Source of the DNA: Candidatus Gastranaerophilales bacterium
Lineage (GTDB): Bacteria; Cyanobacteriota; Vampirovibrionia; Gastranaerophilales; Gastranaerophilaceae
Assembly: GCA_016280955.1 (NCBI GenBank)
Contig: JAEEHV010000038.1
Coordinates: forward strand, 2,020-66,019
DNA: 64,000 bases
Reading direction: 5' to 3'
Positions 63,343-64,000 of the stretch are shown one piece after another. Under the pieces are notes generated by a model. The model did no database searches. It saw only the letters and a list, made by a program, of their open reading frames with translations, and was not told the DNA's origin. The position numbers and the translations under genes were made by a program. How positions within the stretch are numbered: position 1 is the first letter of the stretch; each line of letters starts with the position of its first letter.

Positions 63343-64000
63343 ATGCATATTAATAAAATGAAAAAAACAGTTGCCGGTTTATCAATTTTTTCAAATGTCA
63401 TCCTGTCTTTGTTAAAGATTTTTGCCGGAATAGCTACGGGAAGTCTTAGTATAATATCTGAAGCAATACATTCACTAAGCGATTTTGCGGCATCAATACT
63501 TACATTTTTCTCAGTAGTAAAATCTTCACAGCCGGCAGATAATGACCATCCGTACGGACACGGAAAATATGAAGATATGTCAGGCTTTATTGAAGGTTTT
63601 TTAATAATTTTGGCATCATTATTTATAATATACGAAGCTATAAAAAAAATCATTTTAGGTATTCATCCAGAAACAGAAAATACTCTCGGTATTATGGTTA
63701 TGTCTGTTGCAGTTGTAATGAATATAATAGTGAGTTCATTACTTTTTGCGGTTGCAAAAAAATCTAATTCTATTTCCTTATATGCTGACGGAGAACATTT
63801 AAGAACTGATGTATTTTCTTCATTGGGAGTATTGATTGGTTTGGTTCTGATTAAAATCACAGGACATGCTGTATTGGATCCAATTATAGCATTATTTGTT
63901 GCAGCATTTATCTATCGGGCAGGTTATACTATCTCAAAACGGGCTTTAATGCATTTGTTGGATTATTCACTGCCTAAAGAAGATATTGAAAAAATTAAAG
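63343..64000 (+). CDS. cation diffusion facilitator (FieF-like), runs off the window end
   Basis: Translated by hand: KIFAGIATGSLSIISEAIHSLSD, PAD.DHPYGHGKYE, LYADGEHLRTD; absent from the ORF track because it has no stop. Confidence 0.9.
   Translation, partial: MHINKMKKTVAGLSIFSNVILSLLKIFAGIATGSLSIISEAIHSLSDFAASILTFFSVVKSSQPADNDHPYGHGKYEDMSGFIEGFLIILASLFIIYEAIKKIILGIHPETENTLGIMVMSVAVVMNIIVSSLLFAVAKKSNSISLYADGEHLRTDVFSSLGVLIGLVLIKITGHAVLDPIIALFVAAFIYRAGYTISKRALMHLLDYSLPKEDIEKIK

Noticed and set aside
1-64000. CRISPR arrays, rRNA/tRNA genes, transposases, integrases, prophage genes
   Set aside because: None seen by eye; the only repeats found are intragenic protein repeats and short regulatory motifs.

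Overview
An AT-rich bacterial chromosomal window. I infer Gastranaerophilales/Vampirovibrionia ('Melainabacteria', non-photosynthetic cyanobacterial relatives) from lineage-typical hypothetical proteins, not from a marker gene. Housekeeping content: fliJ, a fliK-like gene and a hook/rod gene; a PHP phosphoesterase; gcvT-gcvH-gcvPA; polA; radA; speD; aroE; three glycosyltransferases; a tRNA nucleotidyltransferase; UDP-glucuronate decarboxylase; a hybrid kinase with a NarL-type regulator; an M16 peptidase; an Opp/Dpp ABC transporter; panE; neuA; a dGTPase; a DHA2 efflux pump; a truncated CDF transporter. I saw no rRNA, convincing tRNA, CRISPR array, integrase or transposase. The most unusual region is a minus-strand block at about 47.8-54.0 kb. 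There a P4-less SAM-I riboswitch with terminator precedes non-metabolic genes (a Zn-finger protein, a DUF2130-like putative nuclease, a double-AAA ATPase, a dGTPase). Three promoters in this block share a TGWCRM-N10-TAYWAT geometry like WYL-activator (PafBC-type) promoters, and the block also holds a standalone sigma-region-4 protein and an unannotated 23-aa ORF. Window-wide signals: repeated cyanobacterial HLR1 (RpaB-type) direct repeats in intergenic DNA; sigma28 promoters in front of non-flagellar genes, including a perfect one before a 949-aa cysteine-protease-like protein; and a shared N-terminal ...N-x-x-F-x-[GA] motif on several proteins lacking signal peptides. All assignments come from reading the sequence by eye, with no database searches.
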